NCBI GenBank assembly: GCA_963710065.1 | Contig: CAVPYU010000005.1 | Span: 491,053-555,052 of the forward strand | Reading direction: 5' to 3' | Origin: an uncultured Thermoleophilia bacterium | Lineage (GTDB): Bacteria; Actinomycetota; Thermoleophilia; Solirubrobacterales; CAVPYU01 | Length of the DNA: 64,000 bases | Made by a program: the position numbers and the translations under genes | Part shown: piece after piece, positions 28,800 through 36,472 of the stretch | Position numbering within the stretch: the first letter of the stretch is position 1 | Layout: every line of letters begins with the position of its first letter | Notes under the pieces: model-generated | Databases searched by the model: none | Told to the model about the DNA's origin: nothing | The model's input: only the letters and a program-made list of their open reading frames with translations

Positions 28800-30590
28800 C
28801 TACTTCTTCGATTTGGGGAAGAACTTTGCGACGACTGGCCGCTCCCCAACCGACGCCGGTTTGTCGAGAATCTTCTTCTTCACCGGGTTGACCATCCAAA
28901 GCTTTTTGTTGGCGATGTCTGTAACAAATACAGCGCCGGTGCTTGCATCGAATGAGATACTCCTCAGGCTTACCTTCTTCAGGCTGCCGGCACCGACAGC
29001 CTTCATCCTCTTCTTTGTCCAGCGGAATGTGGACATGACCTTTTTGGTCTTCGTGTTAATAACAGATACCGATCGTGAGCCCTCATTGACTACGTAGAGG
29101 CGATAACCGCTCTTCGACAGCGTTGCTGCCGTTGGTTTTTTGCCTACCTTGACTGTTTTTACAACCGTGTCGTCATCCGTGTTAACGATCGTGACCGATC
29201 CCGAGTCCCTGTTTGTCACGTATGCCAAAGAGTCGTTGCCCAGAACGGTCGCAGGCGATGAGCCGACTGCAATCTGACCGACTTTCTGCTTAGTTGTAAG
29301 ATCCACAATCGCCAACTCGCCTGACTCGGCAAGCGCTACGTAAGCCTTGGTCTTGTCCACGATGAACGCTCCGGTCGGTGATGCCCCAACCTCGATCGTT
29401 GCCATGTTCGACCCAAGCCCCTTCGAGCCACCGCTCGGGTTCAACAACGTGACTGTACCTGCTTCTGTATTGCTGACCAACATGCGCTTCCCGTTCGGTG
29501 CCAGAGAGATGTTTGTCGGCCCTTTTCCGACGTCGATCGTGTTAATAACTTTTCCAGAAGACAGCTTCACTACGGAGACCGAATCAGATCCAGTGTTAAC
29601 CACGTACGCCTTCGATCCCTTACGTGAGAAAGTCATATCGGAAGGGTCTTTGCCAACTTCCGCCGAGGATCCCGCGCCTTTTCCGGACACTGCTCCAACC
29701 TCTTGGATAGAACCGGTTCCGCTCTTTGCTGTGCGCAGGACAACGACCTCTGGATCCGGACCCGGTTCCGTCGGACTTCCAGCTCCAGATGATGTTCCGC
29801 CGGCAACGCTATCGGCCGGTGTCGGGGATGGGGTGGGTGTCGAGGGTGCCGGACTGGGTGTTGATGAAACCGGTGGAGAAGGTGAACTACCGAACGAGTC
29901 CCCAGTGCCAGATGGAGGGAAATCGGAATCAAAACCTGAGCTTGATCCTGAACTTGAGCCTGAGCTCGAACCTGAGCCTAGGCCAGGGTCGGGAGCGAAA
30001 CTGGAGCCCGCACCGGCGCCGGCACTCGAGCCGGACTCTGATCCGGAACTCGATGAGCCCGCTGTGTCGTCCGCGCTGTCAGTACCTAAAAGCGCACGCA
30101 GCTCTTCGGTATCTGATTTCTCCTCAGACCCTCCAGTACCAAGCAGCGCACGCAGTTCCTCTACATCGGACTTCTCCGCACCGGCAGCGCTACCGGACTG
30201 GTTGGCGCCGGCCTTCGACTGCCCGCTACTTCCTGCCTCAGGGGTAACCGCCCCGGCAATCAGTATCGCCAACCCGATCACTATGCCGGTCATGTTGTAG
30301 ACGATCGCGTCAGAAAATCGCAGTCCCTTGAAAAACGTCCTAGCTTTGGCGTCAAATGCGACTGCGCCAACGCTGAAGTTGTAAAGGAAACCCTTTTTGA
30401 CGGGCTTTGGTTGACCATCAACCGTGGGAAGTCCCACAGCCTGAGCAGCCACCCTGCCGTTGCCGTTGCCTCTGCCGTTGGTCAATCCGGGCTTAGCAAC
30501 AGGCGTCGTGACAGGCAAACGGATCGGAACCTTGTCCGGTTCCTTGACCGGCGCTTTGCCCTTCTTTTCTGTTGGCTTCAGCAGAAGCAC
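28800..30590 (-). CDS. Membrane-anchored YVTN-type beta-propeller repeat protein
   Basis: 596 aa with a GTG start. It has a basic N-terminus, one TM (IVYNMTGIVIGLAILIAGAV) and a Ser/Gly/Pro low-complexity linker. Repeated ~40-aa units follow (KAYVVNTGSDSVSVVKLSSGKVINTIDVGKGPTNISLAPNGKRMLVSN...). Confidence 0.85.
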   Translation of the reverse strand: MLLLKPTEKKGKAPVKEPDKVPIRLPVTTPVAKPGLTNGRGNGNGRVAAQAVGLPTVDGQPKPVKKGFLYNFSVGAVAFDAKARTFFKGLRFSDAIVYNMTGIVIGLAILIAGAVTPEAGSSGQSKAGANQSGSAAGAEKSDVEELRALLGTGGSEEKSDTEELRALLGTDSADDTAGSSSSGSESGSSAGAGAGSSFAPDPGLGSGSSSGSSSGSSSGFDSDFPPSGTGDSFGSSPSPPVSSTPSPAPSTPTPSPTPADSVAGGTSSGAGSPTEPGPDPEVVVLRTAKSGTGSIQEVGAVSGKGAGSSAEVGKDPSDMTFSRKGSKAYVVNTGSDSVSVVKLSSGKVINTIDVGKGPTNISLAPNGKRMLVSNTEAGTVTLLNPSGGSKGLGSNMATIEVGASPTGAFIVDKTKAYVALAESGELAIVDLTTKQKVGQIAVGSSPATVLGNDSLAYVTNRDSGSVTIVNTDDDTVVKTVKVGKKPTAATLSKSGYRLYVVNEGSRSVSVINTKTKKVMSTFRWTKKRMKAVGAGSLKKVSLRSISFDASTGAVFVTDIANKKLWMVNPVKKKILDKPASVGERPVVAKFFPKSKK

Positions 30591-30744
30591 TTAATAAGTT
30601 TCACTCCCTAGGTGATAGGTTACCCGATCCCGTACCCCTTTTAAACCACACATTCCACTCCCAATCAAGCTTTCTGGCCAAATTTCAGGATATTTTTAGA
30701 CTTGGATCTGGCGGTTTTCGGCGACTTTCTCACTCTCATCCAAC

Positions 30745-30933
30745 TCGACGAGGGGTGATATGGCTATGCGTTGGACTGCTGCCGGAATGCTCGAAGCAGA
30801 GAAGCAGTTCAGGCGGATCAACGGCTATCGAGATCTCGCCAAGCTGGTCGTTGCAATCGAAGGTGAGTTCAAGTGCTCTACTGATTTGTCGTTGCCACCG
30901 AGTGAGGAGGTCGCTATGGTCTCAACTGTCTAA
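30745..30933 (+). mobile_element. C-terminal remnant of a transposase gene (family not assigned)
   Basis: A short frame reads ...TRGDMAMRWTAAGMLEAEKQFRRINGYRDLAKLVVAIEGEF...*. The RW-AAGMLEAE--FR---GY-DL tail is one I recall from the C-termini of a family of actinobacterial DDE transposases. The frame opens only at 30700, so at most the last ~60 codons survive. It is too short to appear in the ORF track. Confidence 0.4.
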
Positions 30934-30949
30934 CCGCCGGTAAGCCCCT

Positions 30950-31276
30950 TTATTCAAGCTCAAGAGCGATCTTAATTCTATTTGAAAGTTCATTCAGCTT
31001 AACTGTGCCGAGGCTTCCATACTGCTTACCTAAACGAGTCTTTTCAATCGTCAGTATGTTGTCACAGTTCGCAACACTTTCAATTTTCATACCTTCATCT
31101 TTGCCTATCAACAACTCAGCCACATGTCCTCTTATTTTGCTAGTGACTGGGACAACGGTTACGGATTTGAGCACTGGAATAGCAGTGTTTCGCGTCAAAA
31201 TGACAACCGGCCGCTTAGCATGTTGATCTAGGTCTGCAAGGAAGACGTCTCCTCTTTTGCAAGGTTCATGCGTCAT
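30950..31276 (-). CDS. PemK/MazF-family toxin
   Basis: 108 aa from ATG 31276. KRGDVFLADLD...KRPVVILTRN...VTVVPVTSKIRG...SVANCDNILTIEKTRL fits the PemK/MazF fold pattern. The longer track ORF (to 31396) overlaps the antitoxin. Confidence 0.8.
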   Translation of the reverse strand: MTHEPCKRGDVFLADLDQHAKRPVVILTRNTAIPVLKSVTVVPVTSKIRGHVAELLIGKDEGMKIESVANCDNILTIEKTRLGKQYGSLGTVKLNELSNRIKIALELE

Positions 31277-31505
31277 CGAAAATGTCACCCAACAGACTGG
31301 CGCCATCAATGAAGTCCGATTGATCATCATCGCTGTAGGCTTTCTTGTAAGACTCAGCGATTGCTCTTTCTCTCTCCTGCGCAATCTTCTCCACAATAGA
31401 TAGCCTCAGGGCCTCGGCTCTGTTCTTAAATACGCCCCTCTCTACCAGTAAATCAAGAGCCTTCGCATCCTTGTCTTCTAATCGAGCTGATATCGGTACA
31501 GTCAT
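31266..31505 (-). CDS. Ribbon-helix-helix antitoxin
   Basis: 79 aa from ATG 31505. MTVPISARLEDKDAKALDLLVERGVFKNRAEALRLSIVEKI is RHH-like, with an acidic C-terminal tail. It overlaps the toxin start by 11 nt. Confidence 0.7.
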   Translation of the reverse strand: MTVPISARLEDKDAKALDLLVERGVFKNRAEALRLSIVEKIAQERERAIAESYKKAYSDDDQSDFIDGASLLGDIFDDA

Positions 31506-31515
31506 ACTATTAGTA

Positions 31516-31563
31516 TACAGAAGTGTATTCATTATACAAAACAAGTATGAATACACTTCTGTA
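31516..31563 (-). promoter_or_regulatory. Perfect 16-bp inverted repeat with embedded TATAAT: candidate autoregulated promoter/operator of the toxin-antitoxin pair
   Basis: ACAGAAGTGTATTCAT (31517-31532) and ATGAATACACTTCTGT (31547-31562) are separated by 14 nt. A minus-strand TATAAT lies at 31536-31531, about 25 nt upstream of the antitoxin ATG. Confidence 0.6.
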
Positions 31564-31632
31564 ATTGCACCAGCGACGTAAACGTTCACGTGGTCCACGC
31601 CAGATAGACAACTTACACACCCCCGCGTGTCG

Positions 31633-31790
31633 TCCCGACCATGGACGGGAGGGATCTCGCCGATAGCTGGGCCATGTACCTCGGAAGGCGAATGTACATC
31701 CGTGTGCCTACGGCTTCCAGATATCCGGATGACTGTGTGGGAGTAGAGAACTAAGTGAGCTTATAGCCAGATCCCTCCTCCGAGTCGGGA
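31633..31790. repeat. 158-bp element bounded by long imperfect inverted repeats (structured RNA or MITE-like)
   Basis: The left arm is TCCCGACcatggacGGGAGGGATCT (31633-31657). The right arm is AGATCCCTCCtccgaGTCGGGA (31769-31790). The 7-bp and 10-bp blocks are perfect complements and enclose about 110 nt. The element is intergenic, between the S8 protease stop and the toxin-antitoxin promoter. Confidence 0.45.
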
Positions 31791-31901
31791 AGACACAGGC
31801 TGCAGGTAAGCACAGACCTCCTTTGTAAACAGCAGGTTTCTCTAACTGAACATGCCCCTTCGTCAGTCGAAGATCAGCCTACGTGAACACTTACCTACTT
31901 T

Positions 31902-34478
31902 CTATTTCACGCGCACTCTTCGAGTCCGCTTCGACGCCTCGAACACATCGTTCCCCCTGAACTTGGCAACGACCTTGTAGCGACCACGTGTGGGGACGGT
32001 GAGGGTCTTTCTGAACTGTTGCTTCTTGATCTTCGCGTATGTTTTAGTGGCTTTCTTGATCTTCCGTCTCAGCTTCTTCGAGCGGGGCTTTTTGCCGTAG
32101 AACTTGGCAGTGATGCGTACCTTGCCTGCAACACCCTTGGTGATTGTGCCTCTGACCGTGATCTTGCGGCCTCTGCGCTTGATGCGAAGCTTGCCGACTC
32201 TCGATCTCTTCTTCGGCTCAGGATCAACAGTGACTCCCAAGACTGTGAAGCTGGCTGCACGGGTGTTTATGTGGCCGGCTGTGTCTGAGACAGACACAGA
32301 GACCGTGTGGCTTCCAGGTGCGAGGCCGGATATAGAGATAACGTCACCCGTGAAGCTGTGTACTGCTCCCCCGTCTATCGAGTACGTCCGTGATGCCACT
32401 CCAGAAGTTACATCAGACGCAGCTACCCATATGGATATCGTCTGGCCGAAGGCCGAGGTGGGCAGGGCATAGAGCGACAGTGCCGGCGCTTGAGTGTCGA
32501 TCGTGGTGGTAGAGCTTTCTGACCATTCACCTGTGTTTCCCAGGTCGTCGGTTGCCCGTGAGCGGAAGCGGTAGCTTACGCCCTCCACTCCGGTGAAGGT
32601 GAAGGAGTCCTGTCCTGCGCTCAGGGTTGTATGTGGTGACCAGGCGCCGAAGTTTGCGCTCACCTCGACCTCTGTCTGGTTTACTCCTGTGCCCGATCCG
32701 TCGCTTGAGGCAAGGGGAACGGTGACAGGATTCGAGTTAGCGTAGGTGCCGAGAGAGCCAAAAGAGGTTGTGGGCCCGGTTGAGTCGACCAAGAGCGATA
32801 GGTTTTTGCTCGACGACCAAGTCTCACCGAAAGATGATCCCTGAGCGTCGATAGTTATCTGTTTGAGGCCGTCTGTTGTGCCCTGTACGGTCCATTGGGC
32901 CTGGGCCGAGTCATTTGGCCCCAGGGTGCCCAACGGTTGAGGGTCGCTGCCTCCGGTCAGCGTAACGCCCGATGGAAGGTCTATGTCGGCTGTGACCGCC
33001 CCCGCGGTTAAGTCGTTAGAGGTGTTTTCGATGTCAGACGTGATGGTGACGTCGGTTGCCTGCTGTGCCTCGGTAGCTCCCTGTGCCACTGCCTGATCGA
33101 CTGTTGGTGCATCTAACTCGGTGAGGTCTTTTGAAGCAGCTATCGCGTAAGGCTGCGTTGAGGCTCCCTGTACGGAGCTGGCGGCCTTTACCTTGTATAT
33201 GGCGTTCTCTGTGTTAGGCGAGGTCACCTGCTCTACGTTGTTGTCAGACGTGCTTGATGTGTCTCTCTGTGCCTGGCCTGTCGAGTACTGGGTTAGGTCG
33301 AGGTTGGTTAGTGGGTAGATGGTTTTGGGGGTCTGTGCGTTTGGAGGTATCGAGTCAAATACGACCCTTCTGTGCCAGGTGATCGTCGCCCTGTCGCCTA
33401 CTGCGAGGTTCGCCGAGTAGAACTTCGACTGACCTTCTGCGATCGTGCCCGTTGCGTAGTTGTCTTTTTGCAGGTATGCGGTGTCCATAGCCAGCTGACC
33501 CCAGCCGGCGTCTGCCTGCCAGGTGGTCTGTGCACCGATGCCATCGGCAGAGTTGATGAGTATCGCTTTCTGGGCTTTGTAGTCGGTTATGCCTGCGCCT
33601 GCAAGAATCACCAGGGCGCCGGCGCCCATCGGGGCGGAGAGGGATGTGCCGCTTGCACCGTGCGCCTCGTCAGGACAGCCTGGAGAAGAACACTGGTAGT
33701 TTGCAACCGCGAGCGACTCACCGGGCGCAACCAGGTCTGGCTTCTTCCTGTTAGTGCCTATGACCGGACCCCAAGACGACGACTCATAGATCGTATCGTC
33801 TGCCCTCGATGTGGTCTCTTCATCATCAGTAGCACCCATGCAGAGGGTGTTGTAGCTGTTGCAGAACTCTGTGGTCGTCTCGGCACCTGGGCCTTCATTC
33901 CCAGCAGCTGCTGATATACCTACTCCGTAGATGCTTATAAGGGAGTCGAACCAGAGATCTGCTGGATCTTCAATAGTTGCTGAATTACCAGCTGCCCAAC
34001 TCAGAGCCTCAGCTCGGTCATCTTGATCTGCACCTTCAACCAAAGGCCCACTACCCCAATTGCAACGGTGATCAATCCCTAGGCTCCATAACTCCTCACT
34101 TGCACTACCACCCGGACACAAGGCGGCAAAGTTATCCGCATCAAGAACCTTTTCAACCCCGTATGCGATACCTCTGTATATTTCGTTTGGATCGTTACCG
34201 ACCGCAACCGAAGTAACCGATGTTCCGTGGTTCATGCCTGTCGGCAACTGCCCAGGCGGCTCTACAAAGTTGACCCCCGCAAGCCACGGGTGGTTGTGGT
34301 TTGAATAGTCCTCAAGTATCCCAATATCTGCGGTGCCACCTGTATACCCATTACCCCACCAAGACCCCGGTAGACCGACGCCCGTCGAAGGTACCCCTAC
34401 GTTGATGGCAGAAGCAGGGGCAGAGGCCACCAGAGCGGTAGCCAAAACCGCAGCAGCTATATGCCGGAACCTCCTCAT
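31902..34478 (-). CDS. Secreted subtilisin-like (S8) serine protease with Ig-like domains and a very basic C-terminal module
   Basis: 858 aa with signal peptide MRRFRHIAAAVLATALVASAPASA. The catalytic motifs are MNHGTSVTSVAVG (His), AAAGNEGPG (Asn) and ASGTSLSAPMGAGALV (Ser), with Asp probably in IGILEDY. The C-terminus reads KLRIKRRGRKITVRGTI...RGRYKVVAKFRGNDVFEASKRTRRVRVK. Confidence 0.88.
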   Translation of the reverse strand: MRRFRHIAAAVLATALVASAPASAINVGVPSTGVGLPGSWWGNGYTGGTADIGILEDYSNHNHPWLAGVNFVEPPGQLPTGMNHGTSVTSVAVGNDPNEIYRGIAYGVEKVLDADNFAALCPGGSASEELWSLGIDHRCNWGSGPLVEGADQDDRAEALSWAAGNSATIEDPADLWFDSLISIYGVGISAAAGNEGPGAETTTEFCNSYNTLCMGATDDEETTSRADDTIYESSSWGPVIGTNRKKPDLVAPGESLAVANYQCSSPGCPDEAHGASGTSLSAPMGAGALVILAGAGITDYKAQKAILINSADGIGAQTTWQADAGWGQLAMDTAYLQKDNYATGTIAEGQSKFYSANLAVGDRATITWHRRVVFDSIPPNAQTPKTIYPLTNLDLTQYSTGQAQRDTSSTSDNNVEQVTSPNTENAIYKVKAASSVQGASTQPYAIAASKDLTELDAPTVDQAVAQGATEAQQATDVTITSDIENTSNDLTAGAVTADIDLPSGVTLTGGSDPQPLGTLGPNDSAQAQWTVQGTTDGLKQITIDAQGSSFGETWSSSKNLSLLVDSTGPTTSFGSLGTYANSNPVTVPLASSDGSGTGVNQTEVEVSANFGAWSPHTTLSAGQDSFTFTGVEGVSYRFRSRATDDLGNTGEWSESSTTTIDTQAPALSLYALPTSAFGQTISIWVAASDVTSGVASRTYSIDGGAVHSFTGDVISISGLAPGSHTVSVSVSDTAGHINTRAASFTVLGVTVDPEPKKRSRVGKLRIKRRGRKITVRGTITKGVAGKVRITAKFYGKKPRSKKLRRKIKKATKTYAKIKKQQFRKTLTVPTRGRYKVVAKFRGNDVFEASKRTRRVRVK

Positions 34479-34592
34479 TTCCTTCTACCTATCAGATCGT
34501 CTAGATAAGCGATCCTTTTGAATGTAGCCCCTTCCCGCTGGCCTTATGTTCTGCATCCTTGAAACCATCAAATACGTTCACCCGCGTGGATA

Positions 34593-34627
34593 GAGGCTAC
34601 AGAGTGGATACTGTGGCCTCGTTTTTT
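34593..34627 (+). terminator. Canonical-looking intrinsic terminator oriented on the plus strand, with no annotated plus-strand gene upstream
   Basis: GAGGCTACAG (34593-34602) pairs with CTGTGGCCTC (34611-34620). That gives 10 bp with one G-U pair and an 8-nt loop, followed by GTTTTTT. In the minus sense there is an A-C mismatch and no U-tract. Confidence 0.5.
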
Positions 34628-34646
34628 CGTGACGTTCTCGGCCAAA

Positions 34647-36326
34647 TTATCTACGTTTTTTAGCTCGTTTACTAGCTCGCCGAGCCGGTTTTTTTAGCCA
34701 CACTTTCAGGCGTTGATGACCGCTACTGCCAACATGCGGCACCGCACTCTTTACCTGCAACCTTAGGCGTCTGCGCTTTTTAAGAACACGTTTTAACACA
34801 CGGTAACCTCGATGTGAGAACTTTAACGTGACCTTCGTTGGATGGTTTCGTCTTAAATTTCTGGTGGTTAGGCTGATCCATATCTTTTGTGTTCGCTTCG
34901 GGTGTTTACGGTTTCCCTTGGCGGACTTGCCTTTTTTCCAACGTTGTGAAAATACGACCTTCCCGCTGAACTCCACAGTGCAATTCCTGGAACATTCCGC
35001 GATTAATTTCACACCGCGCTTTGAAAGCCTCTGATTTTTCCTACCACTCAGCTTCAAAGATACTGTGGGTTGTTGCCAAGACTGTCCTGAAGACGCACAG
35101 CACAAATTCGATGGTGCCCAGCTAGGAGGACTTTCGTCGAAGTCACTTCCCACGAAGCCAACATAAAGAAATCTACTGTCGGGGCTGAACGCAATAGATC
35201 CGCCGTATCGAGCGGTCTGCCTTGTACTTGATGTAACCGTAAGATCACCGCTCACATCGTTTCGATTGAACATCCAAATGTTGTTGGCGTCTTCGTAAAC
35301 CACTACGGCCACTCTAGACCCATTCGGCGCGACGGCAAGACCTTCGGGACTCATCCCAACTGTTAACGGTGAACTAGCAAGCTCTGTGAGCTGTCCCGTT
35401 ACTCCATCAACGTTGTACGCAGAGACGCTTCCTTCTGTAAAGGACACGAAGTTACCCACATAAAGATGTTTGCCATCTGGTGATATATCGATCGTTTGTG
35501 GTCCATGGTCGCCACCGCCACTTTCGTACGGAGAACCTGCTACTTCTGTCAGGAGCCCAGTGGACTGGTCCACATCGTAGGCTGATATGTTGCTTGAGTT
35601 CCAATTAGCGGTGTAGAGGTGCTTTCCATCCGGGCTTAACACAAGATCCCACGACCCAGTCGCTGCAGGTGTCGAAACCGGTGAGCCAGGAACTTCATCA
35701 AGCTGACCGGTCGACTGGTTTACGTTAAATATCGAGATGCTCTTTGAGTAGGAGTTAGTCACATAAACGCGATCTCCACCTGGTGCTACTGCGACACCGC
35801 GAGGACGCTGCTCTGTGTCATATGGAGAATCACCTACTTGCGCTAGCGCTCCCGAGCTATCGTTAATTGAGTAGACGACTAGCTTGTGATTGAAGTGGTC
35901 TGCCGCGAAAAGAAACTTCCCGTCAGGAGTAGTATCGAGTGCAATTGTTCGTGAATCTGGGTTAAAGGGTGATCCCAGTATTGGAAAAATCTGACCCGAC
36001 GATCCATCTGCCGTAAACCCATAGGCTCCCGCAGGGGATCCATAGGTCGTACCGCCCAGAAAAAGGTACCGACCGTCGGGAGTTACGGTGGCACCTTCAT
36101 TGTGGGCCTTGGAGTTCCATGGACTGCCTGTAACCGGTGAAAGTTCACCGCCTGGCTCACCTATCGCAAATCCAGCCACTGTCGCAGTGCTCGTTGCGGG
36201 GAGCATCGTATGACTGGTAACGGCAAATGCCAGAGCTAGGATCAAACACAAGACTCTCCTATCTCTTGAAAGCAACAAGATGAATTTCACTAAACCGGTC
36301 TTCAACATAGTTGTTCTACTTATCAC
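34647..36326 (-). CDS. Secreted lactonase-type 7-bladed beta-propeller protein with a basic C-terminal module
   Basis: Repeated blade motifs are present (DGRYLFLGG, DGKFLFAADHFNHKLVVYSI, GGDRVYVTNSYSKSISIFNV, DGKHLYTANWNSSNISAYDV, DGKHLYVGNF...SVSAYNV). The C-terminal ~150 aa are Lys/Arg-rich (KVTLKFSHRGYRVLKRVLKKRRRLRLQVKS). The start is taken as GTG 36326, 9 nt after GGAGG; TTG 36344 and ATG 36308 are alternatives. Confidence 0.8.
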   Translation of the reverse strand: MISRTTMLKTGLVKFILLLSRDRRVLCLILALAFAVTSHTMLPATSTATVAGFAIGEPGGELSPVTGSPWNSKAHNEGATVTPDGRYLFLGGTTYGSPAGAYGFTADGSSGQIFPILGSPFNPDSRTIALDTTPDGKFLFAADHFNHKLVVYSINDSSGALAQVGDSPYDTEQRPRGVAVAPGGDRVYVTNSYSKSISIFNVNQSTGQLDEVPGSPVSTPAATGSWDLVLSPDGKHLYTANWNSSNISAYDVDQSTGLLTEVAGSPYESGGGDHGPQTIDISPDGKHLYVGNFVSFTEGSVSAYNVDGVTGQLTELASSPLTVGMSPEGLAVAPNGSRVAVVVYEDANNIWMFNRNDVSGDLTVTSSTRQTARYGGSIAFSPDSRFLYVGFVGSDFDESPPSWAPSNLCCASSGQSWQQPTVSLKLSGRKNQRLSKRGVKLIAECSRNCTVEFSGKVVFSQRWKKGKSAKGNRKHPKRTQKIWISLTTRNLRRNHPTKVTLKFSHRGYRVLKRVLKKRRRLRLQVKSAVPHVGSSGHQRLKVWLKKPARRASKRAKKRR

Positions 36327-36345
36327 TGCTTTTCGCCTCCACAAT

Positions 36346-36370
36346 AGACTGATCGGTCATACAACGTTTC
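36346..36370 (-). promoter_or_regulatory. ECF-type promoter-like motif GAAACGTTG-N-GTCT upstream of the beta-propeller gene
   Basis: The minus strand reads aatGAAACGTTGtatgaccgatcaGTCTat. Its GAAACGTTG is identical to the -35 region of the motif upstream of the ECF sigma gene at 61576. The GTC core sits one nt closer than in the other three copies. Confidence 0.35.
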
Positions 36371-36472
36371 ATTACTTAGTTATTTCAGCTATCTCCTTTA
36401 TCACCGCCACTTACTTATCAACCTGTATTAGAGATCAGACTTCCTTTACTTGAAATTCCATGAATACGGCAA

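Noticed and set aside
28474-28800. Small ORFs (73-94 aa, track entries 28503-28787 and 28678-28899) in the MFS leader region
   Set aside because: They have no SD, implausible composition and overlap structured repeats. The region is treated as non-coding.
29347-30300. 317-aa plus-strand ORF inside the YVTN protein gene
   Set aside because: It is the antisense shadow of the Ser/Gly/Pro low-complexity linker, and the minus-strand ORF is intact with clear repeats. The same reasoning applies to other long antisense ORFs (7835-8419, 12506-13048, 22408-22992, 27725-28258, 46271-46801, 40018-40561 and others).
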